A model generated the notes under the pieces. That model saw only the letters and a program-made list of their open reading frames with translations, ran no database searches and was not told where the DNA came from. The position numbers and the translations under genes are program-made. A stretch of 64,000 bases of DNA from Eledone cirrhosa (Eukaryota), in contig OZ024751.1 in assembly GCA_964016885.1 (NCBI GenBank), positions 434,001-498,000 of the forward strand, given 5' to 3'. Within the stretch, counting starts at the first letter, position 1; each line of letters starts with the position of its first letter. Positions 46,613 to 60,540 of this stretch are shown one piece after another.

Positions 46613-47937
46613 TATATTTAGTTTGATTTATAATTATATGGGAAACTAGCCGATAAATCTTTGATTTCTTCTTTTTATTCTTTTTTATTCTTTTTATTTT
46701 TATTTTTATTTTTATTTAAACATTCTTCATGAAAAATTAAGCTACCCTAAAAGTTGATGCTCCAAATATTTCGAATAAACGTTACACTAGATAAACTTCT
46801 ATATTAAATATAAGAACACATGTAGACCAAATGGGCATCCTAAACTTTTTGAAATGATCTTTGCTAGATGCGATTTGATAGATAATTTTTGGCTTTATCT
46901 GTTTTTCGACTCTGATGCTTATAATGAACTTGGCAATATATTGTCAATTAATTTTGAAGGGTTGATCTTTGTGGTTTATTTTTATTTTTATTATTGTAGT
47001 ATTTTCTAATATTTTTATTTTTAATATTTTTAATATGTAATATTTTTAATATGTAATATTCTTTCGTAATATTTTTTAGTTTTCTATTTTATTATTACTT
47101 ATTATTATTATTGTTATTTTTTAGTTTTGTTTCTGATATATATTTTTATTAGTATATTGAAATCTGCTCTCTATTTCTGCTTGATAGATAATCTTGTAGA
47201 GTAAAGACAGGAATAGTAGTAATATTGACTCTATATATATTTGTGTGTATATATATACACATATATGTATACTTAAATTTTTATACCACAATGAGAATGT
47301 TTTCCGTGAACTTAGGGTTTGCAGAGTTGATCATGTAAATTCACATAGATGTTTGTAGTTATCACAAAAACATATGAATTTTAAAAAAAAACTAAACATA
47401 AGATCATTACTTTTCACACATTATGGATACATGTCTCATTCAGGAATACTGATATTTACAATATAGTGGCTGGTTTTTATACATACTAATACCTCTACAT
47501 TAAAACATAGGGTTTTTACGCCTCGCCTATGTCTGGTTATTTTTTCTCTCTATATAACAGCTGGTTTCTCTCCATATATCTCCCTTACATTAATACTAGA
47601 GCTAAATAAATAAATAAATAAATAAATGTATCATTGATACGTTTACTCAACGGACGTCCCACTACCTAGTTTTCTATATATATATATATCTATCTCTATT
47701 TCCTCTCTCTCTATATATATATCTCTCTCTGTTTCTTTACATGAAGTTCTTCTCTTTATCTATCTTTCCATCTCTCTATTTTGTTCCATGCATTTCTTCT
47801 TTTTCTTCTTTTTCTTCGTTTTCTGTCTTTCTTTCCTTTTTTCTCTCTTTCTTTCTCTCTGTGTACAATTTTTTCACTGCCAATTCAACTTTTTCAAATA
47901 CAAGTCGATGTTGTTACGGTATGTCAAATCTATTTAT

Positions 47938-48043
47938 CTATAAAACTGTTTATATTGTATTTTGTCTGAGGAAGGCATAGCATATTGTTAATATGATATC
48001 CCTGAAATATATATAATGAAATAAATATGGTTTTATAAATATA
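47938..48043 (+). ncRNA. Type I hammerhead in the 3' pLTR, predicted cleavage after 48015
   Basis: Identical to the 44163 motif; CTGAGGA 47966-47972, GAAA 48004-48007. Confidence 0.83.
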
Positions 48044-48150
48044 GTTTCCATTTATTTAATATTGTAAATATACTCCAAATACTTGTCGAGTGCTTTTATA
48101 TCAGTTATAAATATTTACTAGTTGTAACCCAACAATTTAAATATAACTTT

Positions 48151-48251
<101 letters not shown>

Positions 48252-48253
48252 CA

Positions 48254-48332
<79 letters not shown>

Positions 48333-48399
48333 ATATATATACATATATATATATATAGCATGCAGCATGGCTTTTGCCCAGGAAGAAGCTGCCTTACGA

Positions 48400-49575
48400 C
48401 TGGGTACTGAAACAACTGCTAGACAGCTCACATGTGGACGTGATATATCTTGACTTTGCGAAGGCCTTTCACAAGGTCGACCACGGAGTGATATGTCACA
48501 AACTATACGGACTCGGCATAACTGGAAAAGTAGGTGAGTGGCTGCACGACTTCTTAAAGGACATAATCCAGACAGTTGCAGCAAACGGGGCCCTCTCAAA
48601 GGAAACAACAATAACAAGTAGGGTGCCCGAAGGCACAGTCCTGGGACCACTACTGTTTTTGGTGGCTCTCTCAGACATGCCCTCTGTAGTACATACAACA
48701 ACATCCCTCACTAGCTATGCTGATGACATTAAGGTAGCACAGGCAATCAAAAACCCGGCTGACGTTGCTCTTTTACAACAAGATCTGGATGCCATATACA
48801 AATGGGCGGAAGACAACAACATGCAGTTTAATGCTGGCAAATTCCAAGCTCTACAATACAAACCTGCAAACACAAATACAGTATAACACAGTTACGCCGG
48901 ACCAGGAGGGACTGATATCCCCGTGTCAAAATCGATACGAGACCTGGGTATAGACATGAGCGATGATGCATCTTTTTCATCACACATCATGAAAGTGGCG
49001 ACAATGTGCAGACGACTCGCTGGCTGGATCTTGAGGACTTTTCGGACAAGTGACTGAGACACCATGTTGACACTATGGAGGACATTTGTCCTAAGCCGCC
49101 TGGACTATTGCTCCAAGTTGTGGTCACCCCATAGTGTCAAACTAACCACGGAACTTGAGGAAATCCAGCGAAGCTACACCAAGAGGATTGCCACGATGAA
49201 GGAGATAAGCTACTGAGGCTAAAAGAACTGAACCTCTACTCCTTGGAACGAAGACGAGAGAGATATGCAGTGATCTACACGTGGAAAATCCTGGAGGTAC
49301 TAGCAGCAAACTTTGAAATTGGGAGCTGGACCAACCGTCGAACAGACGTCACTGTGCGGTGCCAAAGGTCCCGTCTTCCACATCTAGAATAAGGAGCAGA
49401 TATTGCAATAGCCTGGGGTTCAAGGGCCCTCAACTCTTCAACAAGCTGTCGAGGGATCTGAGAGATCTGCATGGTGTGGATGTGGATGTCTTCAAGAAAC
49501 ATCTCGACACCTTGCTATCCAGGATCCCGGATGATCCCACAGCAAGACATGAGGGAAACCTAAGGGCAGCAGCAA
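48400..49575 (+). mobile_element. CR1/L2-type LINE 3' fragment, decayed RT
   Basis: [66 protein letters not shown]. Confidence 0.9.
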
Positions 49576-49624
49576 TGCTAAATTTAATGTATAATAAACA
49601 ATACAATATAATTACCTCATTACA

Positions 49625-49831
49625 GCAGAGCTAAATTTAATGTATAATAAATAATACAATATAATTACCTCATTACCAGAGGTTTCCCGAATAAGACGAA
49701 TACAAGAAACGTCCGCATTCGTTCGTCTGACGAACGAATGCGGACGTTTCTTGTATTCGTCTTATTCGGGAAACCTCTGGTAATGAGGTAATTATATTGT
49801 ATTATTTATTATACATTAAATTTAGCTCTGC
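49625..49831. repeat. Perfect palindrome, 103-bp arms, 1-nt centre (49728); contains the 3' half of an HHR-like motif
   Basis: Arms are complementary by inspection; right arm has an internal hairpin then GAAA-cc/tct/gg-TA; preceded by a ~50-bp tandem duplication. Confidence 0.85.
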
Positions 49832-50329
49832 AATGAGGTAATTATCTAAACTACCCGTCCTTTGGACGGTTCAAGTAGCTTTCGATGTAGCTCATTAAAC
49901 TAAACAAAGTAAATTTGAATACATAGAAGAAAAACGTACTTTATGTAAACATGAAAACCTTAGACACTCTTCCAGCGAAATAATTAATATGTGAGGTCGG
50001 TGTCATCCGTTATACAACAGTAAAAGCGCATCATGAAATAGAGAAGTGAAGTGAATAACAGACACTATTATGTACAAAGCATAATATTGTAAAAGTTATG
50101 ACATCACTTAATGTATGAACATCAAGCTTGAAACGATAAATTATACAATGTCAAATCTATAACTTAACTTAGTAATCTGTTAGAAATTGCTGGTTGTGAA
50201 ATATACAAAATGATATAGTTAGTCTCAAGGAAGCGTACCTTTTGTTTCAAGTACAAAAAGTAAATTAAAATCCGAATGACCCAATTACGAAAGATAACTC
50301 TTGTCTTACTTAAAGATAATTCTTGTCTT

Positions 50330-50611
50330 CACCATCATCATCACTCGTCGACTACTGTCGAGATGATGGATCTCACTCTCATGCCCCATAATCCCCTGTC
50401 CCCCATCGCTGCCCCCAGGTCCTTTCTACTGATTCCCGTATCCCTAGAGATAACGTCAGGGAATGACAGCTTCCTACTCCTAGTCAGGCTGGAGTCAGGG
50501 TTCCAGAGCAAGAGAGCGGATATGATTTCATTGCTGGCACGGTGACAGTGGCCAGCAAATTGAGCTCTCCGGGATTTTAGAAGGGCAGAGGCTCGAGGGA
50601 GTTTGCCATAT
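50330..50611 (-). mobile_element. RTE-type LINE 3' fragment with 11-bp TSD
   Basis: Minus translation SRRAQFAGHCHRASNEIISALLLWNP...MGDRGLW; (TGA)n tail; TSD ATTCTTGTCTT at 50319-50329 and 50612-50622. Confidence 0.8.
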
Positions 50612-50827
50612 ATTCTTGTCTTACTTAATCACGAAAATTCACACCGAAACTTTTTTAATGTCTCCAAAGTCCCCAATATCGATTTTTGAAAGCCTTTGTA
50701 GATCATGTACAGGTTTTGTGCAAGGAGAAGCTCTGTAAAAAGTTTTCAAAGAAATCGCATGAATGGTTTAGAATATATGAGCCCTCATTAAAAATTGTCC
50801 ACACACACATACAGAAAACTTCGTCTT

Positions 50828-50874
<47 letters not shown>

Positions 50875-50940
50875 CATATATATGTCTCTGATTTTCAGCC
50901 CCATGGATTTTGTCCATTATATTCCTTTGTTATATTTCGA

Positions 50941-50998
50941 ATACCTGATGATGTCACCGGATTCATACTGAACTCTGTCATTGAAATGATCATAGTAT
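50941..50998 (+). ncRNA. Type I hammerhead motif, separate family (element ~50885-51104; related tail at 55062-55255)
   Basis: atac-CTGATGA(50945-50951)-imperfect stem II-GAAA(50983-50986)-t/gatc/a-TA-gtat. Confidence 0.7.
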
Positions 50999-51186
50999 AA
51001 TAAACCTTTTAAGGAATTACACCAGTCCAGCCTCCTGTTATTTTATAATAATTAACTCCGTACTCGCACCACCAACTACACAAACGAAGACGGGTGAGTT
51101 GCATATATATACATATATATAAATATATATACATATATATATATATATATAGATATTTATATATATACCTATATATATATAAATAT

Positions 51187-51385
51187 ATCATCATCATCAT
51201 CACCGTTTTACGTCCGTTCTTCCACGCTAGCATGGGTTAGACGGGTTGTCCTGTTATGGGCAGTGTCCGGTCGGCTGATTTTGTCTTGCTCATACGGGAC
51301 CTGATTCTGGCTTGATTTCTACAGCTGGATGCCCTTCCTAACACCAACCTCATTTACAGTGAGTGCTGGGTGCTTTTTTTTTCCG
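51187..51385 (-). mobile_element. RTE/SINE 3' tail fragment
   Basis: Reverse complement of 54825-55020. Confidence 0.75.
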
Positions 51386-51959
51386 TAGCTCCGACATTTA
51401 TATATTTATATGAGCTGCTAAACCACGTTCCAGCCATTCATCCATACATATCTTCCATGCTGTCTCTCTACGAAGTCATCTACTCCCTTCCTCTCTCTTA
51501 CATTATTATTAGTGTTGTATTTATCATTTCGCTGTCTCTACTCCCTTGGAAATCCTAACATTAACATTTCGCCTTGTCTAATATAGGTACTTGTATCAGT
51601 TTATTTTGCCATGAGATGCTGTAGGCCATGATGTCTACCTATCTCACAACTTGCCTCCCACCCACCCTCTCACACCACCATACCCTATTCGACCAATCAA
51701 ACCTCAGAATATCCCCCCTACCCACCCATTACCAACCCCAACGAACTCTGCCATTACTATTACTACCTACCTCGCTCCTCACCCGTCCCAGCCCCAACAC
51801 ACCCTGCCATTATTACCACCACCACTGTTCTTGCCGTGAATTCTCCTACCGTTATGGATGAGCTGAGAATAAATGGAGCAACCCCGAATTAATATGAAAA
51901 TGAATATGAATCCACGACCTACTTAGCACCTATGTGAATTTTCAATTCAGAGACGGGAA

Positions 51960-54900
51960 GCATACACACACCCCTGCAAAAATCGACCCTTTCCCACGAA
52001 TGTTGACAAATGCCCAAAACTCCGAGTTGGTACCATCAATGTAAGCACAATGAAAGGAAATTAATGTATGCTGTGTGCAAGAGACTAGATGGAGAGGAGA
52101 GTCTGCTATAGTCCTTGTAGGAAAAAAAAAATGCTACAAATTTTTATGGGTGGGAAATGACGATGGGATGGGTGGTGTAGGTATCCTACTAGCTGACAAG
52201 TGGGTAGATAGGGTAATCTCAGTGAACAGGGTGAATGCAAGAATCATTAAACTCAGACTAATCATGAATAAAAAAATTGCTACAATTATATCAGCTTACG
52301 CATCCCAATCTGGGTTGCCAGACGAACTTAAGGATAGGTTTTACGAGTCCCTAATGCACACTACTGCTCTAACAAACGACAATGACTTCCTAATAATTGC
52401 AGGAGATTTTAACGGACACGTAGGTAAACACCATGACGGCTTCTATAGAGTCCATGGAGGCCATGGGGTTGGCACAAGAAATGAAGAAGGATTCAGGCTT
52501 CTAGAATTCTGCGACGCCAATATGTAACACAAACTTCAAAAAACCCGCCAACCACCTGATCACCTATAGAACAGGGGAGCATTCTAGTCAAATAGATTTT
52601 ATTCTCATCAGAAGACGTGATAGATGGATGGTCGTAAACACAAAAGCCTTCCCTAGTGAGGAACGTACCTCCCAACATAGCTTAATTGTCAGCGACCTCA
52701 CGGTCAGAACTAGACGAACCTGGAAACAGAAGCCAGCCTGGAGAAGAAAGATCTGGAAGCTGAAAGATCCCTCAGCCAGTAACAGATTTAAAGATATTTT
52801 ACTCAATGCCTATGACAGTAAAGAAGAACAGATAGAGACATTCAATGTAGAAGAGCACTGGGAGTTCCTAAAAAATAACTTACTAGAGGCGGCGGACGAG
52901 ATCTGTGGCTGGAGTAAGACAACAGGGAGGAGGAGAGTGACTTGGTGGTGGAACAATAAGGTAGATGAGGCAGTTAAGGCCAAGAGACAGGCATGGAAAG
53001 GATGGAAGAACGGGGAAAGCAGGGTACATTACATAGAGACCAGGAAGGAAGCTAGGCGACAAGTATACTTAGCTAGGAGGGAAGCAGAGGATAGAAAATT
53101 CAAGCATGTTTTGCAACGTGAGGACCAGAAACAGGAGGTGTTCAAGATTGCGAGGCAGTCATCATCATCATCATCGTTTAACGTCCATATTCCACGCTTG
53201 CATGTTAGAGAGAATTGTGATGTCATTGGAGAGAAGTGTATCCGGAATGATAAAGGTGAGCTTGCCCTCACAAATGCTGAGAAGAAAGATGCGTGGAAGA
53301 GCTATTATGATAGATTACTAAATGAGGAGAATGCATGGGAAGAAGAGACCCTACCCCAAGTAGACCCTATAGAGGGGCCAGTAATACAAGTCAGCAGCAG
53401 CGTAGTAAGTAAGGCAATCAAAGATATGAAGACAGGGAAGGCAACTGGTCCATCGGGTATAGCTGCCGAGATGCTAAAGGCATCTGGGTCGGTAGGTCAC
53501 ACTATAACCACACATATTGTTAACCAGGTAATACTAGAAGGTGTCATACCAAAGGATTGGTGCAGTAACAGCATTGTCAACTGCTACAAAGGTAAAGGTG
53601 ATGCACTAGATAGAAGAAACTATAGAGGTATAAAGCTGATGGACCAGATCATGAAAGTAACAGAAAGAGTTATAGCACAGTTGATTAGGGACCGGGTGAA
53701 ACTAGATGAGATGCAATTTGGGTTTGTACCAAGAAGAGGCATTACTGATGCCCTCTTCCTTGTGAGGCAGTTACAGGAAAAGTACCTAGCTAAAAGTAAG
53801 CCACTCCACCTGGCATTCGTCGATCTATAATCTAGTGGGCTCTTAGAAAATTAGGAGATGAATGGCTTGTGAAGCTGTACAAGCCATGTATAGGGGAGCA
53901 GTCAGCAAAGTTAGGATTAGCAATGAGTATAGCGAGGAATTTAGTGTACAGGTCGGTGTCCACCAGGGCTCTGTTCTTAGCCCTCTCCTGTTCATCATAG
54001 TCCTGCAGGCAATAATGGAGGAGTTTAAGACCGGATGCCCATGGGAACTCCTGTGTGCAGATGACCTCGCACTTATAGCTGAATCTATGGTAGAACTAGA
54101 GAAGAAATTCCAAACTTGGAAGCAGGGACTAGAAAGAAAGGGTCTCAAAGTCAACCTGACAAAAACTAAGGTCCTTGTAAGTAGACGAGAAAACAGAACC
54201 CAGATCCCCTCAGGGAAAATGGCCTTGCTCAGTATGTAGGAAAGGTGTAGGTAGGAACTCCATTCTCTGCTCCAAATGCAAACAATGGGTACACAAGAGA
54301 TGTAGCGGGATCTCAGGAAGCTTAACTAAGAATGTAGGCTTCACATGTAGCAGCTGTGCTGGGACAGCAAGCAGCAAACAGCCACAGGAAACAAGTACGA
54401 CCAATCTCTGGGAGGGCTCTGTAGAAACAGTACACAGCTTCTGCTACCTAGGTGACCGAATTAGCAGCGGAGGTGGGTGTTCAGAAAGTACAATAACTAG
54501 GGTAAGAATGGGATGGAAGATAAAAAGGTGCTGAGCAGTAGAAGTCGATGGAAACCGCGGAGTGGGGAGACCCAAGAAGACATGGGCTGAGGTGATAAAA
54601 GCCGACCTTACCCAATTACACCTCTCAAAGGCGATAACACACGACCGTGACCTCTGGCGTCACGCAGTAATACAGAATACCTGACCCCCCACAGGTACAA
54701 GCCGAAGCTGAAGCATATAGACAATATGCCCCCACACCCTCCCACTGCAAAGTGGTCGTGGAGGTGCCACGGCATAAAAGCACCCAGCCCACACTGTAAA
54801 GTGGACGTGTAGGCACCACGGAAAAAAAGCACCCAGCACTCACTGTAAATCAGGTTGGTGTTAGGAAGGGCATCCAGCTGTAGAAATCAAGCCAGAATTA

Positions 54901-55020
54901 GTTCCTGTATGAGCAAGACAAGGTCAGCTGACCGGACACTGCCCACAACAGGACAACCCGTCTAACCCATGCTAGTGTGGAAGAACGGACGTAAAACGGT
55001 GATGATGATGATGATGATGA
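51960..55020 (+). mobile_element. Near-full-length decayed RTE LINE (APE, RT, PHD-like finger; deletion near 54520)
   Basis: QETRW, AGDFNGHVG, SQIDF, RRVTWWWN, NYRGIKL, GVHQGSVLSPLLF, CADDL; 44-bp antisense RTE 3' tip inserted at ~53159-53203. Confidence 0.95.
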
Positions 55021-55265
55021 TATATATATACACATATATATATACACATATATATATATATAAATAAAATAACAGGAGGCAGTCCAGCCTCCTGTTATTT
55101 TCTTTATAATAATTAACTCCGTATTAGCACCACCAACTACACAAACGAAAACGGGTGAACTGCACAACATTGAGTACTTTCCATAATATTACATCAAAAT
55201 TGACCATACGGAATGACCAATTCTATCCAGTGGTTAACCAACAAACCTAAATAAATACATATATG

Positions 55266-55297
<32 letters not shown>

Positions 55298-55364
55298 TAC
55301 ATATATACATATAGATATATATATACAAACATATATATATACATGCATATATATATACATATAA

Positions 55365-55680
55365 TGGAGGCACACGGCTTAGTGGTTAGAGCATTGGGCT
55401 TGCAATCGAAAGGTTGAGAGTTCAATTCCCAGACCGGGTGATGTGTTGTTTCCTTGAGCAAGACACTTTATTTCACATTGCTCCAGTTTAATCAGGTGTA
55501 GAAATGAGATGATATGGACTGGGGTCCCTATCATTCCACTGCAAAGTGGACGTGCACCCAGCACTCACTGTAAATGAGTTTGGTGTAAGGAAGGGCATCC
55601 AGCTGTAAAAATCAAGCCAGAGTCAGTTCCCGTCCCACCCTTGCCTTGCAAGCAGGGAAAAGCGGACGTAAAATGATGAT
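55365..55680 (+). mobile_element. tRNA-derived SINE (A/B boxes, CORE/Meta-like body, RTE tail)
   Basis: GGAGGCACACGGCTTAGTGGTTAGAGC...GAGTTCAATTCCC, TCCTTGAGCAAGACACTT, end CTTGCAAGCAGGGAAAAGCGGACGTAAAATGATGAT. Confidence 0.88.
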
Positions 55681-55706
55681 ATATACATGCATATATATAC
55701 ATATAT

Positions 55707-58276
55707 AAGGAAGAGCAATTAGAGTCGATATAGAGTCAATATAGAGGAACAGTGGGAATTCCTGAAAGCAAACTTGCTGACGGCGGCAGACGAAGTCTGT
55801 GGCTGCAGCAGGCCTGTAGGTAGGAGGAGAGTAACATGGTGGTGGAACAGTAAGGTGGAGGAGTCAATTAAGGCCAAAAAGCAGGCTTGGAAAGTATGGT
55901 GGGATGGGGGAAGTAGAGAAGACTATCAAGTGGCCAGGAGGGAAGCTAGGAGACAAGTGTACTTCGCAAGAAGGGAAGCGGAGGAAAGAAAGTTCAAGCA
56001 TGTTCTACAACGTGAGGACCAAAAACGTGAGGTGTTCAGGATTGCAAGGCAATGTGTCAAGGAAAACCGTGATGTTGTCGGGGAGAAGTGTGTAGTTAAT
56101 GATGATGGCGTACTTGCCATCACTGACGCTGATAAGAAGGTAGCTTGGAAGTGTCACTATGAAAGGCTTCTAAATGAGGAGAATAAATGGGAGAAAGACA
56201 GTCTCCCCCACATCGGCCCAATAGAGGGACCAGCAGTGTTAGTCGAAGGTAGTATAATAAGTAAGGCAATCAAAGATATGAAGACGGGTAAGGCGGCTGG
56301 GCCTTCGGAAATAGTTGCTGAGATGCTGAAAGCCTCTGGAACGGTAGGACACACCATGGTCACCCGGATAGTAAACCAAGTCATACAGAATGGGGTTGTT
56401 CCGAAGGACTGGCGTAGCAGCATCAGCATTAACTGTTACAAGGGTAAAGGAGATGCCCTAGATAGGAGTAACTATAGAGGCATTAAATTAATCGACCAGG
56501 TCATGAAGGTCACGGAAAAAGTAATAGCGCAACTAATCAGAGAGCGAATTGATCTAGATGAAATGCAGTTCGGGTTTGTGTCAGGCAAAAGTACCACAGA
56601 CGCTCTTTTCATTGTACGACAACTACAGGAGAAGTACCTAGCTAAAAGTAAATCCCTATACTTAGCTTTTGTTGACTTGGAGAAAGCCTTCGACAGAGTC
56701 CCCCGTTCCATTATCTGGTGGGCTCTTAGAAAACTAGGTGTTGATGAATGGCTTGTGAGAGCTATACAAGCCATGTATAAAGAAACAGTCAGCAAGGTTA
56801 GAATTAACAACGAATATAGTGAAGAGTTTAGTGTAAAAGTTGGTGTTCATCAGGGCTCTGTTCTTAGCCGCCTACTATTTATTATTGCCCTTCAGGCTAT
56901 AACAGAGGAGTTCAAGACCGGCTGCCCATGCAGATGATCTAACGCTCATAGCTGAATCAATGGCCGAGCTAGAGAAGAAATTCCAAACATGGAAGCACGG
57001 CCTAGAATCAAAAGGCCTTAAAATTAACCTGGCTAAGACTAAAGTTCTAGTTTGTAGGAAAGAAAATAAGGTGCCGGTCCCTTCCGGGAAATGGCCATGC
57101 TCAGTGTGTAGGAAAGGAGTAGGTAGAAACTCCATTTTATGTCCCAAATGCAAAGTATGGGTGCATAAAAGATGTAGTGGGATCACAGGTAAGCTAACTA
57201 AGAACATAGATTTTACATGTGGCCGGTGCTCTGGTGCAATAAGTAGCAGCAAGTGCCCACAAAATACTAGCTCTTTCAATTGCGCAGAGGGTTCTATAGA
57301 AATAGTGGACAGCTTCCGTTACCTGGGTGACAAAATCAGCAGTGGGGGAGGGTGCTCTGAAAGTACAGTAGCTAGAGTCAGAACTGGATGGAAAAAGTTC
57401 AGAGAGCTTATACCACTATTAGCCGCTAAAGTGTTCTCCCTAAAAATGAAAGGCAGGTTGTATGATGCCTGCATACGAACAGCAATGTTGCATGGCAGTG
57501 AGACCTGGGCATTGTGTGCAGAGGATATACGCAGACTATAGAGGAACGAAGCTTGCATGCTCCGCTGGATGTGTAATAGTAATATACGTGAACGGCAAAG
57601 CATAAACGAACTAAGGGAAAAATTAGAAATAAGAGGGATCAGATGTTGTTTACTTGAGAGAAGGCTACGTTGGTATGGTCACGTGATGCGCATGAAAGAC
57701 GACAGCTGTATAAAAAAGTGCAGGGCAATAAAGATAGACGGTAGCCACGGAGTAGGCAGACCCAGAAAAACCTGGGACGACCTGATAAATTCCGACCTCA
57801 CACACTTACACCTCTCCAAGACAATGTCACTGGACCGAGATCTTTGGCGGTACTCAGTAATAGAGAAGACCCCCCTTGCCTAAATACAAAGTAAACCTAC
57901 TACAGTCAGTAGGCATCTCTAACAAAATACGCCCGTCACACCACCCCCACCCCATCCACACCGCCCCTTTCAATGTAAAGTTACGTTGGTGCCACAACAT
58001 CCAGGCCGAAACAAATGAGATCGTGTAGGTGTCACGACAAAAAAACACACAGTCCACGCTGTAATGTGGCCGTGTAGGCAACACGGTAAAAACCTCCCAG
58101 TCCCACACTGTAAATGTGGTTGGTGTTAGGAAGGGCATCCAGCTGTAGAAAACCCGCCAGACAGTCCTATGCGAGCAAGACAACCACTCTTGCCTCAAGT
58201 GGGAAAACTCCCGTCCAAACCCATGCAAGCGTGGAACATGGACGTTAAACGATGATGATGATGATGATGATAATGA
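55707..58276 (+). mobile_element. 5'-truncated RTE LINE, few lesions
   Basis: ORFs 55774-56937, 56960-57541 and 57557-57883 are consecutive; short deletion removes the WELLY codons at the catalytic motif; one stop. Confidence 0.95.
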
Positions 58277-58283
58277 TATATAC

Positions 58284-59033
58284 ATAAACAGAAAAAATGA
58301 AACAAAATTTCATTTCTCACTCTTAGTACGGCTGTTACTTAAATATAAGTATGTATACGTACATACATATATGTATACAGACGTATAGTAGTACGAGTAT
58401 GTATATATATACATACATGCACACATATATATATGTATGTATGGATTTACCGAACATTTATTATAATGCTCGGTGTGTTTGTAAACAAACATCCCGAATT
58501 AAGCCGTACAGTGTTTAGCAACCATCGTTGCCCTTTTGTTCAACACTGGCAAGCTTATTAGCTATCGTCAGCACCGTATACCTTCCTGCCAGATGATTGA
58601 ACGTCTGAAAGTATATACTTTCCTTATGCATATTAACGGCTGAGTAGCCTAATTTGCATATCGAGTGAGTTAATCAGCCGGGCGCACCGAAAACGATAAA
58701 CGGAAAAAATGAAACAAAATTTCATTTCTCACTCTTAGTATGGCTGTTACTTAAATATAAGTATGTATACATACGTACATACATATATGTATACAGACGT
58801 ATAGTAGTACGAGTATGTATATATATACATACATGCACACATATATATATGTATGTATGGATTTACCGAACTTTTATTATAATGCTCGGTGTGTTTGTAC
58901 AAACACCGAGCATTATAATAAATGTTCGGTAAATCCATACATACAAATATATATGTGTGCATGTATGTATATATATACATACTACAGTACGTCTGTATAC
59001 ATATATGTATGTACGTATACATACTTATATTTA
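58284..59033 (-). mobile_element. Second copy of the candidate retrozyme (1.5 units + inverted arm); HHR has lost its GAAA half
   Basis: Unit 58284-58696 repeated to ~58898; fold-back 58900-59033; minus strand ggtatacggtg-CTGACGA-tagct/aata/agct then ~22-nt deletion. Confidence 0.72.
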
Positions 59034-59459
59034 TATATACATACATATATATATATATAGCGGCGATGAATTAGTTTTGCGAGGTTTTTTATATGAAATC
59101 GTGTGTCGAAACAGATATTGTTATATTTGGGGAGGGTCATATTTGCGTAATATTGCCAGAATTAATAACAGAACACACTCACTGTTTGGTTGGTTTTCGC
59201 TTCTCGCTGTCTTTTATATATATATATCTGCGATCTAACTTACTCGGTCCTCAATGTTGCCATTGACTGACCGGCGGTCAAAAATAATACAGATACAATA
59301 TAGACAAACACATATATATATAGTTTACATAATTTACATAAATCTTTCGTTGCACATCTGCAACATCGTCAGTGGTGTTATATTCATTGTTCCTCCTGTT
59401 GTGTTGTATGTTTATGCCATTTTTTTTTTTTTTTGTATGTTTATTTATTTATTTGCACA

Positions 59460-60235
59460 TCCAACACTTCATCAACCGCATGCAGTTCTCTGGCTACAAC
59501 CAAAGAGACAGAGTCAGAGTATACGAAGGAGCCATGGAAAAGTATAAGACCCTCATAGAACTGGACATGAAAGGAACTTGCCCACTATACAGGAGCAAAT
59601 CATGGAATAGCTTAGATAGGGCTAGACATAAGATAGGGAAGGCCACATCATGGTACGACAACCAGAGATATCAGAGTGTCATGTTTGTGGACGCCACCCC
59701 TGGGGGGAAATTAGCTAACCAGTGTAGAAAGGCCCTGAGAAAGACCCACTTAAAAATAAAGGTGGTAGAAAAGCCAGGAACCACCATAAAATCCCTGATC
59801 AGCAAAACCTACCCTTTTAAGAAAACCCACTGTACCAATAGGAAATGTATCATATGTAAGGTGAACCCCCGGATAAACTGTAAAACTAGAAACGTAGTCT
59901 ATAGCATAAGATGTACAGAGGGTACTTGCAGAAACACGACAACAACATACATAGGTGAGACAGCTCGTAGCATAGGTGAAAGGATAGACCAACACTGGGG
60001 GGAACTAAAAGGACGAAAAAACGGGTCAGTACTATACGAACATGCTAGACAACAACATGACGGTAACATAGACAACATAGAAATTAGAATAATATCTAAA
60101 CATAGGAATGACCCAGCAGATAGGCAAATCAGAGAGGCCAGTGAAATAGAAATTAGAAGACCAAAGCTAAACAGAAAGAATGAGTGGAACAACAACAACA
60201 CCCAAACAAACAACACTGACCTAAGAGAAGTATAA
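59460..60235 (+). pseudogene. C-terminal fragment of PLE ORF: Zn-binding linker and GIY-YIG nuclease
   Basis: FVDATPGGKL, KVVEKPG, C.NRKCIIC..C..RNVVYSIRC..YIGETARSIGERI.QH..H...H..RQIREA..LNRKNEW. Confidence 0.88.
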
Positions 60236-60494
60236 ATAAATAAGTAAATTAAATTAAATAAAATAAGATAAATAAATACATACACAAGCACATAAACACA
60301 CACTAGTCACCCAGCAGACACAACACTATGCACACTAGTCACACATCACACATAACACTATACACACACGCAAACGCATGCGCAAAGAAGACAAAATAAA
60401 ATAAGATAAACAAACAAGCAAATAAATAAATAAACATACAAAAAAAAAAAAAAATGGCGTAGACATACAACACAACAGGAGGAACAATGAATAT

Positions 60495-60540
60495 AACACC
60501 ACTGACGATGTTGCAGATGTGCAACGAAAGATTTATGTAA
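60495..60540 (+). ncRNA. HHR-like core in PLE 3' UTR (inverted copy at 59335-59378)
   Basis: CTGACGA(60502-60508)-t-gttgca/gatg/tgcaac-GAAA(60526-60529); stems I and III unclear. Confidence 0.5.

Noticed and set aside
47741-47980. Identical 79-aa ORF on both pLTR arms
   Set aside because: Low-complexity pyrimidine-rich UTR sequence; identity reflects the recent duplication, not selection.
55365-55440. Possible tRNA gene
   Set aside because: tRNA-like A/B boxes run into a repeated SINE body and RTE tail, with several decayed copies in the window; a SINE head, not a tRNA.
59060-59125. GCGATGA...GAAAC as another hammerhead
   Set aside because: Core mismatched and no convincing stems I or II.
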